Source: Felis catus (lineage: Eukaryota). From it: a DNA stretch of 64,000 nucleotides. The DNA lies in assembly GCF_018350175.1 (NCBI RefSeq), contig NC_058373.1:115198001-115262000 (forward strand), written 5' to 3'. The position numbers and the translations under genes were made by a program. Numbering within the stretch: position 1 is the stretch's first letter; each line of letters starts with the position of its first letter. Below the pieces are notes generated by a model. That model searched no databases and was not told where the DNA came from. It worked only from the letters and a program-made list of their open reading frames with translations. This document shows, in pieces, positions 9,176-22,350 of this stretch.

Positions 9176-12029
9176 GCACCTGGGGGAGGGGCCGACACTC
9201 CTGTACATCCCCCTTGCTGGTCTGCGGCGGGTGAATGCTTGCGAAGCAGCCTGGCTCCGGGTCCTGGAGTCGGAGCGGGTGGGCTCGGTGCTCCCAGATG
9301 CTCTTGCTGGGGGCTCTCGCTCTGCCACGTGTGAATGCTGACCAGGGCTGGGGTGGCAGAGCTCAGCCAGGCTACTGTCATCCTCAAAAGACGTGGCATT
9401 AAAGAATGCTTGTTTCTGTTTTGTTTTTGAAGCGCTGGGGCTGGGAGACTTGTAGCTGAGCCCACCTGTACCTCTGCTGCTCCCCAGCCGCTCTGTTTGG
9501 GATGGTGAAAACAGTAAAGAACCCAGTTTATTTTCAGTACCTGACCTAACAGGGTAGCTCCAGGCGTGGTTGGCCGCGAAGATTAAAAGGAATGGCCTCC
9601 TCTCAGCCTCCCGCGCCACTCTCAACACGCACTTTACCACCTGCCCGCTCCTGGCCTCCTGGCGCCACTGTAGTCTTCCTTCGCTCAGGGTAAGGGCAGT
9701 GCCTTCTGGGCCTGCGGGCAACCCCACACCTCCCCCCTTCCCCACCCAGGAGCCCTCACGTGCTGTGCGCAGAGCCCTGGCTGGCGTGTTTCCATACAGA
9801 GCAGGTTGGTGAAGGTGCTGGAACACAGAAGCCTCTGAGGGACATGCTGCAGACCAGGGGGCCTGCCCTTGCCTCCAAAGAGGCCATTTCCGGAGATGTG
9901 CCTGTCAGCGGTTGCTGGCACGGGGCCCATCTGGAGGGTAGGGTCCCTACAGACCCTAGTTGCCTCCTTTACCCACAGGGGTGCCCTGTCTTCCTCCAGA
10001 AAAGACAGCAGGGACAAATGGCGGTGGGGGGCGGGGGTTGGGGGCGGAATCCAAAGTCTCACTGTTGAGCCTGCAGCCTGAATTCTAGTCTAGAATATTT
10101 TTAAAAATGGAAGATCTTACCCTTTTTTATATCATTACTCTGGATCTTTCCCTCCCTAAGAGATTATGCTATTTGAGGTTTATTCAGCCGAGTAGGTGAC
10201 GAACTTAGCCCTTGGGGGAAAAAATGAAAAATGAAAAGCCTTTCTTCTGAAGCCTTCTTCCACCTTGCCCACCATTAACACTGTCCTGCGGATCACAAGC
10301 CCAGACTTGCCTACCTGGTGGGAAAGAAAGTCTGGATAAATGGGAACCTAGCATACACACACCCTTGCCACCTCTCTCCTGTCCCCTCTGTCCCTGGCTT
10401 TGCTGAGGCCCAGCTCCCACCTCCCACCTCCCACCTCCCGGGGCTTGTCGGGGGAGGATCCAGGCCTCCCATTGCAGCTGACATCCTTGCTGGCTTCTTC
10501 TCTCGCAGTTCTCTTCTCTGAAGCAGTTTCTTAGCCATCAGCCAGGTGCTGCTGTTTCTAGAGCTTCTGGGGTTTGTCCCTTTCAAGGGATTAGGGACTC
10601 CACAGCTGCCTTGAAGTGGGGCCTGGCTGAGAGACCAGGGCAGTGGCAGGTGGCAGGCTGTTGGGCAGGAGGCTGCCAAAGGATCCCGGAGCAGGTGGGA
10701 AAACCACGGCCCTGGCTTTCTCAGGCTCACCTCTAGGGGAGTCCAGCAGAGGGCTTGTCCAGGAGGGTAGCCAGCACCAAAGGACTAAAAGTGTCTTTTT
10801 GCACACATGAGCTGACTCAGTGGTTTTCTATCCTGCTGACTTGCCAGCGACTTTCAAGGGCCAGTATGTGGTGAAAATCACTTAAGGTTTCCGTCGCTTT
10901 CAATGCCTTAGTTTAGCGGATAGGCTCTCTCTTTTGCCATTTCTGAATGTTGTGTGCCGTGTTCCCATCTCACTGGTGTGAACTGTGAAATGGACCGAGT
11001 CCCAGCCACTTTGTGAGTTCTTTTGGCTTTATAAGGCACTTCAGTGTGCATTCTACTAACACTCCATTTGCAAACAGAACTTAAGCTAATGTTGTCTTCT
11101 CCATTCATCCTCCCCCTCCTCTCCCTTCTCCCTCCCCCCCCCCCCCCCCCCAGCTTTAAAGTTCTGTGGAGAAGCCTGATGGCAAGACAGACAAAGGTAG
11201 ACTTTTCCTGCTTCTTTAGTGCTGGCACAGGGATCCACAGGCATTCGGCCTTTCCCCTGCCTCCCAGTTCTGGCCACATGGCAGTGTCTCCTCCGTTCAC
11301 AGGGATATCCTCACATAGAGAATGGGATATGCTGCAAACACTTCTACATCCTTGCCTTTCTTTCCTCCTGAAAGAGAATAAAGGGCCCGGAAGAGAAGTG
11401 CTACACAGGCTTAAGTCCCCGTGTGCTTGTGAGGACAGTGAGGCCGAGGGCTTCTGGGACTCCCGGCTCTCAACGTAGGGCCAGTCTTTGCTGGGGCCCG
11501 GGGAGGGGCTGAACTAGACTTTGCTTGGCCGAAGCACAGACTGAGTGGTAGAGTAGCTGATTCCCTGAACAGGGAACGGCAACAGGCTCGGCTTTGCTGG
11601 GAAGCTGCCGCTCTTAATTTCCAGTTGAAAACCTAGAAGAATCTTGAATGGAAACCCCGAGGTTGAGCCCTCTGTCTGACAGCAGAGCTGGCTGGAGGGA
11701 ACGGAGGGGCACAGCACTCAGATTGCCAGGCCGGAGGAGAGATGGACGCGGGTTGCATGGCGGCCTACCACACCCCGCCCTGGCTTCTTTTCACACCACT
11801 GTGGAATCCTTTGTAGAATGGTACTCCTAGATGATGGTTTCAAACGACACATGCATCATTGACTCTGTGCAGGATGTCCCTCAATCAGTTTGGGTTTGCT
11901 TTATTTTATTTTATATATTTTTTGGTATCCTGTACATTGCGGTGGGTGTGAAGATAGTATTTTAATATTTGTACAAAGTTTAATTTAATTTTAATTGTTC
12001 TATGTATATAACTGCATTTCTAAATAATA

Positions 12030-12035
12030 ATTAAA
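12030..12035 (+). terminator. Putative distal polyadenylation signal (ATTAAA) of SUSD6
   Basis: ATTAAA preceded by U-rich sequence and several TGTA motifs, followed by an abrupt change to GC-rich sequence. Confidence 0.6.
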
Positions 12036-14289
12036 AAGGTTCTTATGAAGGCAGTTGTGAGCGATGTGATCCTTCCAGGAAGTTTTCATAGAAACCCTCG
12101 AGCAGGAAAAGCCTAGGTGGCAGGAGTTCCTGAAGTGGTGAAGCACCAGCTCTGGGGAGGGGCTGCCTAGCAAGAGGAGACAGGACAGGGAGAGGCAGAC
12201 GGTATCGGGGAGAGGCCCCAAACCGGAGTGGAAGCACACTACCGGTCTTAGGCGTTCTCAGTGTGCCAGTCCCTGTGCTGCACTGGGACTCGGCAGCGAG
12301 CAGGCCCCTGCGTTTGGGACCCGGGCACAGTTACTGCCCTGGGAGGGCGGGCCGTCCCCACAGCGTGCAGCGCTGATCAGGGAAGCCACGCTGGGTGGGG
12401 CACAGGAAGCATCTTTTGGATGGAAGGGCAAAGAAGCTGTGTTGGGAAGGGCCGTACCGCCAGGCTAAAGGGCGGGACACCACGCATGCGTGGACGCCAA
12501 GGCAGCAGAAGGCACATTCAGTGGAGGAAGGAAAAAAAAGGGGCACAGGGCTGGGGGGACAGTGGCTCAGCACAGGGCAGGAGAGGGCAGCGGGGGCTGG
12601 GTCCTGGAGGCCCTCCAAGCAAGGAGTGGAGAAGTTTGACTTCATCTTCAGGGTAGCCGGAAGCACTTGGACAGTGTTAAGTAACAGAATAATGTAGTAA
12701 GCTCCACTTTTCTGGGAGGACGCTCTCCCCCTTGCTTAAGACTGTTCAGGGGGATAAAATGTACTTTACCTGGAGACCACTTAAGAAGTCGGTCTTGGGA
12801 GGAAGGCACCTTGAGCAGCTAGCCATCCCCTTCCCTGAGGTGGAGAGGCAGAAGACACGGTCTGGGGCGGGGAATGATGGAGATCTCAAGACCAGAGGGC
12901 AGAGCACACAGAGGTGGAGACGTCATTGCCTGGTAGGAGAGGCCAGCAGTGAACAATCACAAAAGGTGGTAAGGGCGTGAGAAGAGGGAAGAGGAGGGCA
13001 CTGTGGGATAGAAAATCAGGCCACCTTTTTTTTTTTTTTTTTTTTTTAGATCAGGCTGCTCTCAACGTTGTCCTGGGGTAACGGTCAGGATGTGTTTCTC
13101 TAATACTTAAAAGTGTCGGGAAAACGTTTTAGGAGCATCTGTGCCAAGTCTCCACCCCAGTCCTCAGTAGGGTCCGCACAAACATCACTGCCATTAGTTG
13201 TAAGGAGGTGAAGGGAAGAACGCTTTGCCAGCTTTTGAAAGTAATGGTGGTAACAGCTAATACTTGCTCGCTGCGTACCTGGCAGAGTTCTACGCACTCG
13301 GTGTGTGTACCCCCAGGGGCACAGAGCGGCTCAACGAGGCAGATGCCCTTATCGCTCAGAGCTCCAGGCCACATATAATGAAACCGAGGCATAAAGAGGT
13401 GGATTAACTTGCCCAAGGTGGGGTCAGGATTGAATTCAAACCCAGGTAGTTCTGCTGAAGTGTTCCCCTCCCTGTCCCATTGTCCCATTCCCAACCCATC
13501 TGACACTGCCTGCCTCCCAAGGCCCTTACTGCCCTCCTTCTGCCTTTCAGTCTCTGTTCCCACCAGTGAGCTTCAGGCAGAGGAAAAACTAATTTCATGG
13601 CATGGCAGGGAAATGGCACACCCTTCAGTAGGATAACAGATGACCTAAGGGTCAAAGAACGGCAGGTGCCCAGCAGTGTAGGGAGAGGGGGCATTTCAGC
13701 TCCGCAGACCATGATAAATTCGTTCACAAAGCGGCAGGAATTGTTCCTCCGCGAGAAAAAAAAACATATATGAAGAGGAAAGACTGCTTATTTCCTTGAT
13801 AGATAAGCCTTCTTTGTCACTGGAAAACCGGCAGAAACGTGTCCCATCAGGTAAGGAATGCTGGGGAAGGGAGACTCTCCAACGTGGGGTCAACCTGGAG
13901 TTGTTACCTTTCTCTTAAAAGACAGATGAGGGAGGACAAAGGCAAAAAGCCACAAAACCTGCAGAGCCTGGGGGGGGGGGTGTTTGTGGGGAGGGCTGGC
14001 TTTGAAGTGGTTGCCGCAGGTGGGGAAAGGTGGTGGGAGGAGAGAAAAGGAATTTCCTGCCCTGCTGCTGAACCCCCCACCTCTCCGTCTGGAAAGCGGA
14101 GAGCCCTGGACAACAACAAAAGTAGTAACCTCTCAGGTAGGTCTTTCTCCGATCGATCACGTGGAAGTATTTTAAAATATGCGAAAGTAACACATACTTC
14201 AGAAAACTGAGAAAACCTACCACCTCCTGGTAATGTGGTTCTTTTTTCTATGCCTAAATATAGTTTCCTCTTTTAAAAAGATCACTTTT

Positions 14290-14710
14290 ATGTTTTGTTT
14301 AATGTTTATTTATTTTTGAGATCGTGGGGGCAGAGGAGGGGCAGAGAGAGTGGAGGCGGGGGACGGACACAGAGGATCCAAAGCAGGCTCTGTACTGTCA
14401 GCACAGAGCCTGACGAGGGGCTCCAACTCACAAACTGCCAGATGGTGACCTGACCCGAAGTTGGACGCTCAACCGACTGAGCCACCCAGGCGCCCCTAAA
14501 AAGATCATTAAAAAAATTATTTTTTAAGTTTATTTATCCTTGAGAGACTGAGAGAGCACAATTAGGGGAGGGGCAGAGAGAGAGGGGAAGCAGGCTCCAG
14601 GTTCCGTACTGTGAGCGCAGAGCTCAGTGCAGGGTTTGAACCCACGAACCGTGAGATCATGACCTGAGCTGAAGGCAGACACTTAACCGACTGAGCCCCC
14701 CAGGCACCCC
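14290..14710 (-). mobile_element. Two tandem SINEs
   Basis: Antisense SINE bodies; aagatca repeated at the flanks. Confidence 0.8.
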
Positions 14711-15897
14711 TAAGAAGATCATTTTTAAATAGTATTTTGATTTTTTAATCTTCACAGTCTACTTTAATCTCATAAAACATCCATCTACATAATTTTTAAT
14801 GGTTGCAGTTTTCCATCCTATTGGTAATTTAGACATTTGGATTACCAAAACTTTAAAAAAATTCTAATAACCAAGGGTTTGATAGTATTTTAAATTATTT
14901 CCTTGAGATAAACTACTGGAAATGGAATGCTAGATCAAAAGAAATCCACATTTTAGTGGCTTTTGCTATATCTCAAATTGCCCACCAAGAAAGTTATTCC
15001 AAATTATACTCTCATTGGCAGTGTGTGTTTTCCCACAGCCCTGCTAGCATGGGGGATTATCGTTTTTAAAAATATGCCAATTGAAAGAAAATGGCATTGT
15101 TTTGATTTACACTTGTGTCATTATTCCTGAAGTTAAAGTATGGTTTGCCTACTCTTTATAACAAGACATAGAAGACATTGAAAATTGTGCAGGTTTGGCG
15201 TCCAAGATGTCCATGTTTGAGATGAAGTCAAAACTGTGATTTCCCCTCTAAATAATGCATGATAGATACATGATTGATAGATGATAGATAGACAGACACA
15301 TAGATGATAGATATACATACATAGGTCACTCCCCTAAGCTCCCTAGTGGTAGAGGAACATGGCAGGGCTTAGGGACCGTCCCATCCCATGCCAAGAGGTG
15401 AACAGCTATTTGGCATTTCAGATTTCCCATGATGCCCCAGGGGACCCAGAAAATTTCACAACAAAGGAATGTCCTGTGCAGCCCATGTGGGGCAGCTTTA
15501 CCTATTCCTGAGCCCGGGGTAGTAGATGATTCTCCATTTGGCAGGGCACTGCAGAGGGCTTGGCAAATATGGACTTCCCTACCCACAGCCTCCCTGGAGG
15601 AGCAAGTAACCCGGCCTCCAGCAAAGGCAGCCTGTTCACAGGTTAATCCTGGGGGGCCAGGGCTGAACATCTGGGGGTGATCTGGGGTGTGTGATGGAAG
15701 GATTATGGCTCAACACAACTAACTACCAAGCATGAGGGCTGCTGTGGCTTCTGGGGTGGTCCCAAAGCCCTTGAGCATCCGGGTTCCAAACACTTGTAGG
15801 GACTTCTAGTGTAACCTGTCTGTGGGATGGAAGACTGTCCTTACTCATGTTCCAATCATTTGTTCATTTGTTTAATAAAATTGGGCGGGGGGGGGGC

Positions 15898-16062
15898 GGG
15901 CGCCTGGGTGGCTCATTCGGTTGAGCGTCCAACTTTGGCTCAGGTCATGATCTCGCTGCTCATGGGTTCAAGCCCCGCATGGGGCTCTGTACTGACAGCT
16001 CAGAGCCTGGAGCCTGCTTGGGATGCTGGGTCTCCCTTGCTCTCTGCCCCTCCCCCGCTCAT

Positions 16063-16113
<51 letters not shown>

Positions 16114-16145
16114 ATTAAATAAACATTAAAAACAAAATTAAAAAA
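15898..16145 (+). mobile_element. SINE with expanded (CT)n microsatellite (~16067-16110)
   Basis: SINE head, long CT repeat and A-tail followed by a T-tract. Confidence 0.85.
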
Positions 16146-18808
16146 CTTTTTTTTTTTTTTTTTTTTTTTTTTAGGATCTACTTAATACAAAGCCTGGTAC
16201 TAGATTCCAGGGGCACAAAAATGAGCAAGACTCAGCCTTTGTCCTCAAATAGCTTGCAGACTAATAGGGAGAAAGAGACTAAACAGCTACCTAAAATTTC
16301 ATTTAAAAAGTCTAATGGAGCACCAGCACAGTGCCTGAGTAGCGAGGAGGGAGGAAGACTTCATTTCTCGGGATGAGCGAAGATTCCCAGGGAAGGTGCC
16401 ATTCACTTTACATCATGAAGGATGGATTATGTTTCGACAACACAGGTAAGGAAGTAAGTGGGAAGGGGACTTGTTAGGCCATAGATCAAAATACCAGCAT
16501 ATAAAATTAGAATCATCCAAAGTTGTTGTTTTTGCAGGTTAATGAAAAAGGTCAGCTATGGGCAATTTCAACCTAATACCAAAGATCTACCAAAATAAGA
16601 AATGCCTTTCTTCTTTGGATTGACTAAACTTTAATTATTTTAATCACAAGAAAGAAATTTCAGCACACCCAGAGACAAGTATCTAGAGACTGTCTGTCCC
16701 AGAGTCTATCCTGAACAAAAACAGAGCATAGCAGATTTTCTGTCACAATCCACCAGCTCCTGGCCCCTGCCAGCAAGGGGAGTCTTCAGAAATGACCAAT
16801 TCAAGTTTCCAACGCAGGGCCAATTCACTTGCTCTTTGGGATGGCGACAGAAGGGACACCCACTGTTTGCAACCAAGTTTCTGCCAGCAACGACCAGGCA
16901 TTAATTCCAAAGCCGAGAGGTGTTTTTTGGTTTTTTGGTTTTTTACCCCTTCTATTGTTTTCTTTAGGGCAGAAGTGGAAGGACAGTAGTTACATCCAAC
17001 TACAACACTCTTGCCAAGTTTCTTGATTTGTCATTAGAAACATTCAAAAGTGGGGACACCTGGGTGGCTCAGAGGGTTAAGCATCTGACTCTTGATTTTG
17101 GCTCAGGTCACGATCTCACGCTTCATGGGATCAAGCCCGGCATCATGCTCTGTACTGACAGCACAGAGCCTGTTTGGGATTCTCTCTCTGCCTCTCTCCT
17201 GCCCCTCCCCAACCTCTCAAATAAATTAATTAAAAAAAAAAAGAAACATTCAGAAATGAGCAAGCTATCATATAAAAGTATTACATGTTAAAACACCAGA
17301 AATAGTATTTTCCACCTATGATACCTGCAAAAGAAAAAGCTTAAAAATATCTGGTGGGGGTGTAAATGGGTACATTCTTTTTGCAGGGCAATTTGGCAAC
17401 AACCATCACATTATAATGCAGTTCCTCGTCCCTCCTATTACTGAACAAGTCCTTTCTGAAGCCGGTAAGTGGGAGCAGAGTTACAAAATCAGAAAGGGAA
17501 ACAAAATAACCAACCCCGCTGTGTCAGATTGGAATTGGAGGTATTGGTGGGGACCCATGATATATACCATCTACTCAAATAGCTGCAGAAATAAATACAC
17601 ACAGTGCATGTTCACATGTACACATACACACAGATATTCCCTAGCTGTCCCCAGAGGGCTTGGGAGCAGTGACACCTCGACTACAGAGAGCATACCTAGA
17701 GTTCAGATCGTGGCTTTTATTTATTTATTTTTTTAAGTTTATTTATTTTGAGAGTGGGGGAGGGGCAGGGAGAGGGGAGAGAGAATCCTAAGCAGGCTCC
17801 ACGCTGTCGGCTCACAGCCCAATATGGGGCTCGAACCCACTAACCATGAGACCATGGCCTGAGCCGAAATCAAGAGTCAGATGCTTAACCAACTGAGCCC
17901 CTCAGATTCCCCAAGATCTTGACTTTTAAAATATCGTTTGCCACTAAAAGGAACCAGGAGTCCTTGGAGAAATGGCTGATTCAGAGCTGGGGAGGGAAGA
18001 TCACAAGATGGGCCTGGAACGTTTTGTTGCAGCATATGATACATCCAAATACAAAGTGGATATGGAAAAGCAAATATAATAGTCCTGAACCAATCTTTTT
18101 TTTTTTTTTTTAAGTTTATGTACTTACTTTTGAGACAGAGAGTGCAAGCAGGGGAGGGGCAGAGAGAGAGGGAGAGAGAGAGAGAATTCCAAGAAGGCTC
18201 TGCACTGTCAGCCTAGAGCCCAATGTGGGGCTGGAACCTATGAACCATGAGATCGTGACCTGAGCTGAAACCAAGAGTCAGATGCTTAACTGACTGAGTC
18301 CCCCAGGTGTCCCAGCTCTGGACCAATCTACAGAATCCACTGTCGTATGGGAAAAGCCAAGTGCAGAACAAGTGCATGAATGCTATCATCTGTGTACAAA
18401 AAAGAGATGACGAGAAATGTGTCAATGTGCACGTTTTTCTATGTACAGAGGACCACTCCTGATACAGGAAGCATGAAGTGCCTCTGAGAAAGGAGAGTGA
18501 CATGGGAGGAAGGATCATCTTTTACCCCTTGTGTGACTCTGGGTTTTGAAGCAAGTGACTATAATACCCGTTCAAAAAATTATTTCTTAAAAAGCAAAAT
18601 GTGTATTACCTAGGATCAGAAGGAATATTCACAAGAAGTTTTGCAGATTTATCTGATGTTTTTCTCTTGTTCCAAATTAGTAATCTGCCTTCTGGGAAGG
18701 AACACGCAGCTCCCTGCAGTGCCTTGTTTAAGGATAATAAACCATGCTCATTGCCCGTTATTTCCATCTTCTTTCCCTGAGAAAATAATTATTTCCTGGG
18801 ATCTTTGG

Positions 18809-19433
18809 TGTCATGAATTGGATTGCCTCCCCGCTAAAATGCGTATGTCGAAATCCTATTTGGAGATCAGGTCTTTAAAGAGATAATTAAGTTAGGGGCG
18901 CCTGGGAGGCTCAGTCGGTTAAGCGTCTGACTTCGACTCAGGTCATGATCTAGTGGTTTGTGAGTTCAAGCCCCATGTCGGGCTCTGTGCTGACAGCTCA
19001 GAGCCTGGAGCCTCCTTCGGATTCTGTGTCTCCCCCTCTCTCTGCCCCTCCCCTGCTCATGCTCTGTCTCTCTCTGTCTCAAAAATAAATAAAAACATTA
19101 AAAAAAAATTTTTTTAAAGAAGTAATTAAGTTAAAATTAGGTCTTTGGGTGGACCCTAATCCAAACTGACTGGCGTCCTTATAGGAAGAGGGAATTTGGA
19201 CACAGACCCATTGAGAGGGAAGAGGATGTGAAGACACAGGAAAAAGATGGCCATCCACAAGTGCAGGAGACAGGCCTGGAACACATCCTCCCCTCATGGT
19301 CTTCAAATGATGGGTCCCTGCTGACACGTCGATCTAGGACTTCTGGCCTCCAGAACTATGACAAAATAATCTCTGTTGTTTAAGCCACCTGGTCTGTGGT
19401 ACTTTGTTACAGCAGCCCTAGCAAACTCATACA
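18809..19433 (+). mobile_element. MLT1 (MaLR) solo LTR interrupted by a SINE (~18895-19115)
   Basis: TG...CA ends and MLT1 motifs (ggaccctaatccaa, ggacttctggcctccagaact, gtactttgttacagcagccctagcaaact). Confidence 0.75.
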
Positions 19434-20889
19434 TCCAGTCTCACAATAGGGTGTCCGGCCAAGGCTCTCCCCCGACAACACTGACCTATCCAGGCAACGG
19501 ACAGGAGTCCAGGGTGGAGGGAGCCAGTGAGGGAAGCAGCTCAGGGGGTATGCCCACACCCAGCAGGACTTTGTCACACTAGGGATGCAGACAGGATTCC
19601 CCAGGCAAGTGGGAGCTACTGAAGGATTTGAAGACTGAATGATGTGGTCTGAACATAATATATTAGCGAAGAAGGTGGTGGACAAGGGGTCGGAGTGGAG
19701 AGCCAACCAGGAGACCCCTGCAGGCGTCCTGGTGGGAGAGGGGGAAGGGCAGCCCTCTGGGGGATTAGAGCACAGGGGGGCTTGAGCGAGTTGGAAGAGA
19801 TGAGAGTATTGCTCAGGTGTTTGGGGAGATCGTTCAGGTCGAGAGAGCTGAGCTCTGTGGTTGACCGCGTGAAGAAGAGTAAGAGAAACGGACAAAAGGG
19901 TCAAAAAAGACTGTACATCTCTACGGCAAGAAGGGGGAATACCAGAGAAATGAAAGCAAGCTTTGATTGGAAAGAGCAAGTCAGGGGCCAGTGCAGAAGG
20001 TCAGGAGGTCTTGGAGTGAGGGGCCAGGACCCAGGGAAGGGTCCTCGCCCTTGTTTGGGTGTGGGGGACAAAGCCAGGAGATTGCTTTTGGGGTGAAAAT
20101 AGAAGTCTTTGGCCCCCACTGGAACTTGTGGACGAAGTGGGAGGAGCAGAGGACAGCCTGCCAGTGAGGGCAGAACCAGGAAGTCAGTGAGTGCTCCGCC
20201 CCCTCCTACTTCTCCCCACAGCAACTGCAACACTGAGGTTGCAGAGGGCAGGTCGGGATTGGCAGGACAATGTGCAGAGAGGGGATCCGGTATCTCGGGG
20301 GCACAGCGTCCATGGCTCTACCAGATCTGATGCTGGCCTGGTCCTTATAATCCTGGGATGGAGAGTCACAGTAGCTCTGGAAACACAAGCACTCACACCC
20401 TCATGGGCCTGCTCTGATGCATCAGTAATTAGCAAGTGTGTTGAGCACCTACTGCGTGCCAGGCACTAGGAATACAGAGGAGCACAGATCCACGCAGTCT
20501 CTGCCTGTGAGAACTGGTCTGGTCAGCTGGACCCCGTTGGTGTGGTCCAGAGCTTCCTTGAGGAAGTGATGGTTGAGATGCAAAAACGCACAGGGGTTAA
20601 CTAGGTGAGGAAGGTTCCAGTTAGAGGTCCAGCCTGCCGGGAACTCAGAAGGAGGAAGGGCTGGGAGCCAGAAGGAGAGTGGGGTGAAAGCATGCTGCAG
20701 GAGTAGGCAAGTCTCATAGGCCATGATAAAGACTTGAATGTCATCTAAGAGCGCTGAAGCCACGGAAGCCTTTTAGCAGGGGAGTGGAATCATCTGGTAT
20801 GTCTCCAAAAGGTTCTTCTTACTCTGTTCAAATGGGTGGAGGAGGGTAAGAGCAGGTGCGGAAAGACGAGTCAGCACCGAGCCTCAAGA

Positions 20890-21032
20890 ATTCCCTAGTC
20901 ACCCGAGAGGAGCTTACCGAAATGTAGATTCGGGTCCAGGAGGTCTGGGGTGGGTCCTGGGACCCTGCGTCTCTAACAAGCTCCCAGGTGGTGCCCATGC
21001 TGCTGATCCACAGACCACTCTGAGTAGCAAGG
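20890..21032. mobile_element. MER5A/MER5A1-like MITE inside an L2 remnant
   Basis: tctaacaagctcccaggtggtgcccatgctgctg...gaccactctgagtagcaagg. Confidence 0.6.
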
Positions 21033-21731
21033 GGCTAGTCCAGGTGAGCAATGTGGTGGCCTGGACCAGGGGGTGGCAGGGGCAGTGGGGAGCAACGGAC
21101 AAATCTCAGACGTGCTTTGGAGGCGGGCTCTTCCGTGCGCAGCAATGGGTAGGACACGGGGAGAAAGAGAAGAAAGTATCAGAAATGGCTCTCAGATTGT
21201 GGAGCGGGTTCTCTGCGATGGGAAGGCTGGAGAAGGAGCTGGGTCTAATGGACGTTAACCGTGGGAGATGTCAAGTTGGGAGGCGAATACAGAGTCCCAA
21301 GAGCCAGAGTGGATGCACACACCCTGTCTTCCCTCCCACATCCACGCCGTCTGCGGAGGTGGTAGTCCCCACACCTGGGACACCCAGGCCGGCTTGCCCC
21401 AAATCACGATTGCGAATCCTGTGCTCAGGGCCTCATGGGCATGGCCTGCACTTCGTCCCAGCCCTGGGTGCCCCAGCCTCTGGTGGCAGAGGACCAGAGG
21501 GAAAGCGGCCCTCAACGGGCCACTCAAATTCTGAGGCTGAGAAGGAGGAAGGGCGAGATGGAGTTGGCAGGACAGTTTGCAAGGGAGAGGATCCAATTTC
21601 CTCTCTGACAGAACAAAAGCCACTTTCTCTGGAAAGAACTTAAAGTTGGATGTCTGATCCCCATCTTGGATTTGCAAGGAGTCCCTTTACCAGCCCCTGG
21701 GGGCCCTGAGAGCCGGGAGGGCTCAGTCCGC

Positions 21732-21750
21732 TGGCGCCATCTAGTGTCTA
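21732..21750 (-). promoter_or_regulatory. Putative CTCF site (reverse orientation)
   Basis: Minus strand reads AGACACTAGATGGCGCCAG, a close match to the CTCF core CCACYAGRKGGCRS. Confidence 0.6.
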
Positions 21751-21906
21751 TGGGGAGGTAGTCCTCTGGTGGTCACAGAGCGGAGGCCTTGGCGAGGCTC
21801 GCGGTGGGGGGAGATGGAGCCTGCAGCAGAGTTTGGGGCAGCTGCGGCCTTCTAGGGCAGTGGGGGGCAGGGGATGGGGGGGAGGTGACTCAGGAGTTTA
21901 TGACTC

Positions 21907-22350
21907 CGTATTGGTCTCCTAGGGCTGCGGAAACAAGTTACCATAACTGGATGGCTTAAAGCAACAGAAATGTATTCCCTCACAGTTCTGGAGGCTACAA
22001 GTTCAAAGTCAAGGTATCAGCGGGCCATTCCCCCTCTGAAGGCTCCAGAGGGGGAAACTTTCCCTGCCTCCTCCTGCTTCTTTGTCACTGGCTGGTTTGT
22101 AGATGGCTCTAGTCTCTGCCTCCACCTTCAAGGCCTTCCCTGTATGGCTGTGTCCAAATTTCGTTCTACTTAGGAGGACACCAGTATTCAGATTAAAATC
22201 TACCCAGTCCAGCGTGACCTCATCTTAACTTGATTTCATCTCCAAAGACCCTATTTCCAAATAAGGTTATGTTCACAGGTACTGGGGAGTTAGGATTAGA
22301 AAGGATCATTTGCGGGGGCGGTGGGGGGGGACACATTTCAACACAGAACA
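21907..22350 (-). mobile_element. MLT1 (MaLR) solo LTR
   Basis: Antisense MLT1 motifs (ctagggctgc...ggcttaaagcaacagaaatgtattccctcacagttctggaggct; ccctatttccaaataagg). Confidence 0.75.

Larger units (their letters stand above)
7883..12055 (+). other. SUSD6: SUSD6 long 3'UTR (end approximate)
   Basis: SINE-free ~4.2-kb stretch after the stop, ending in an AU-rich block (11900-12040) with ATTAAA at 12030-12035. Confidence 0.7.

Noticed and set aside
8446..9826. Long minus-strand ORFs (339 aa and 271 aa) antisense to the SUSD6 3'UTR
   Set aside because: GC-rich, low-complexity translation with no recognisable domain or splice structure; the internal peptide repeat comes from the 43-bp duplication.
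13840..14145. Strong donor-like sites (CAG|gtaagg at 13850, CAG|gtaggt near 14136) downstream of SUSD6
   Set aside because: No matching acceptor or coding frame could be assembled; isolated consensus donors are common.
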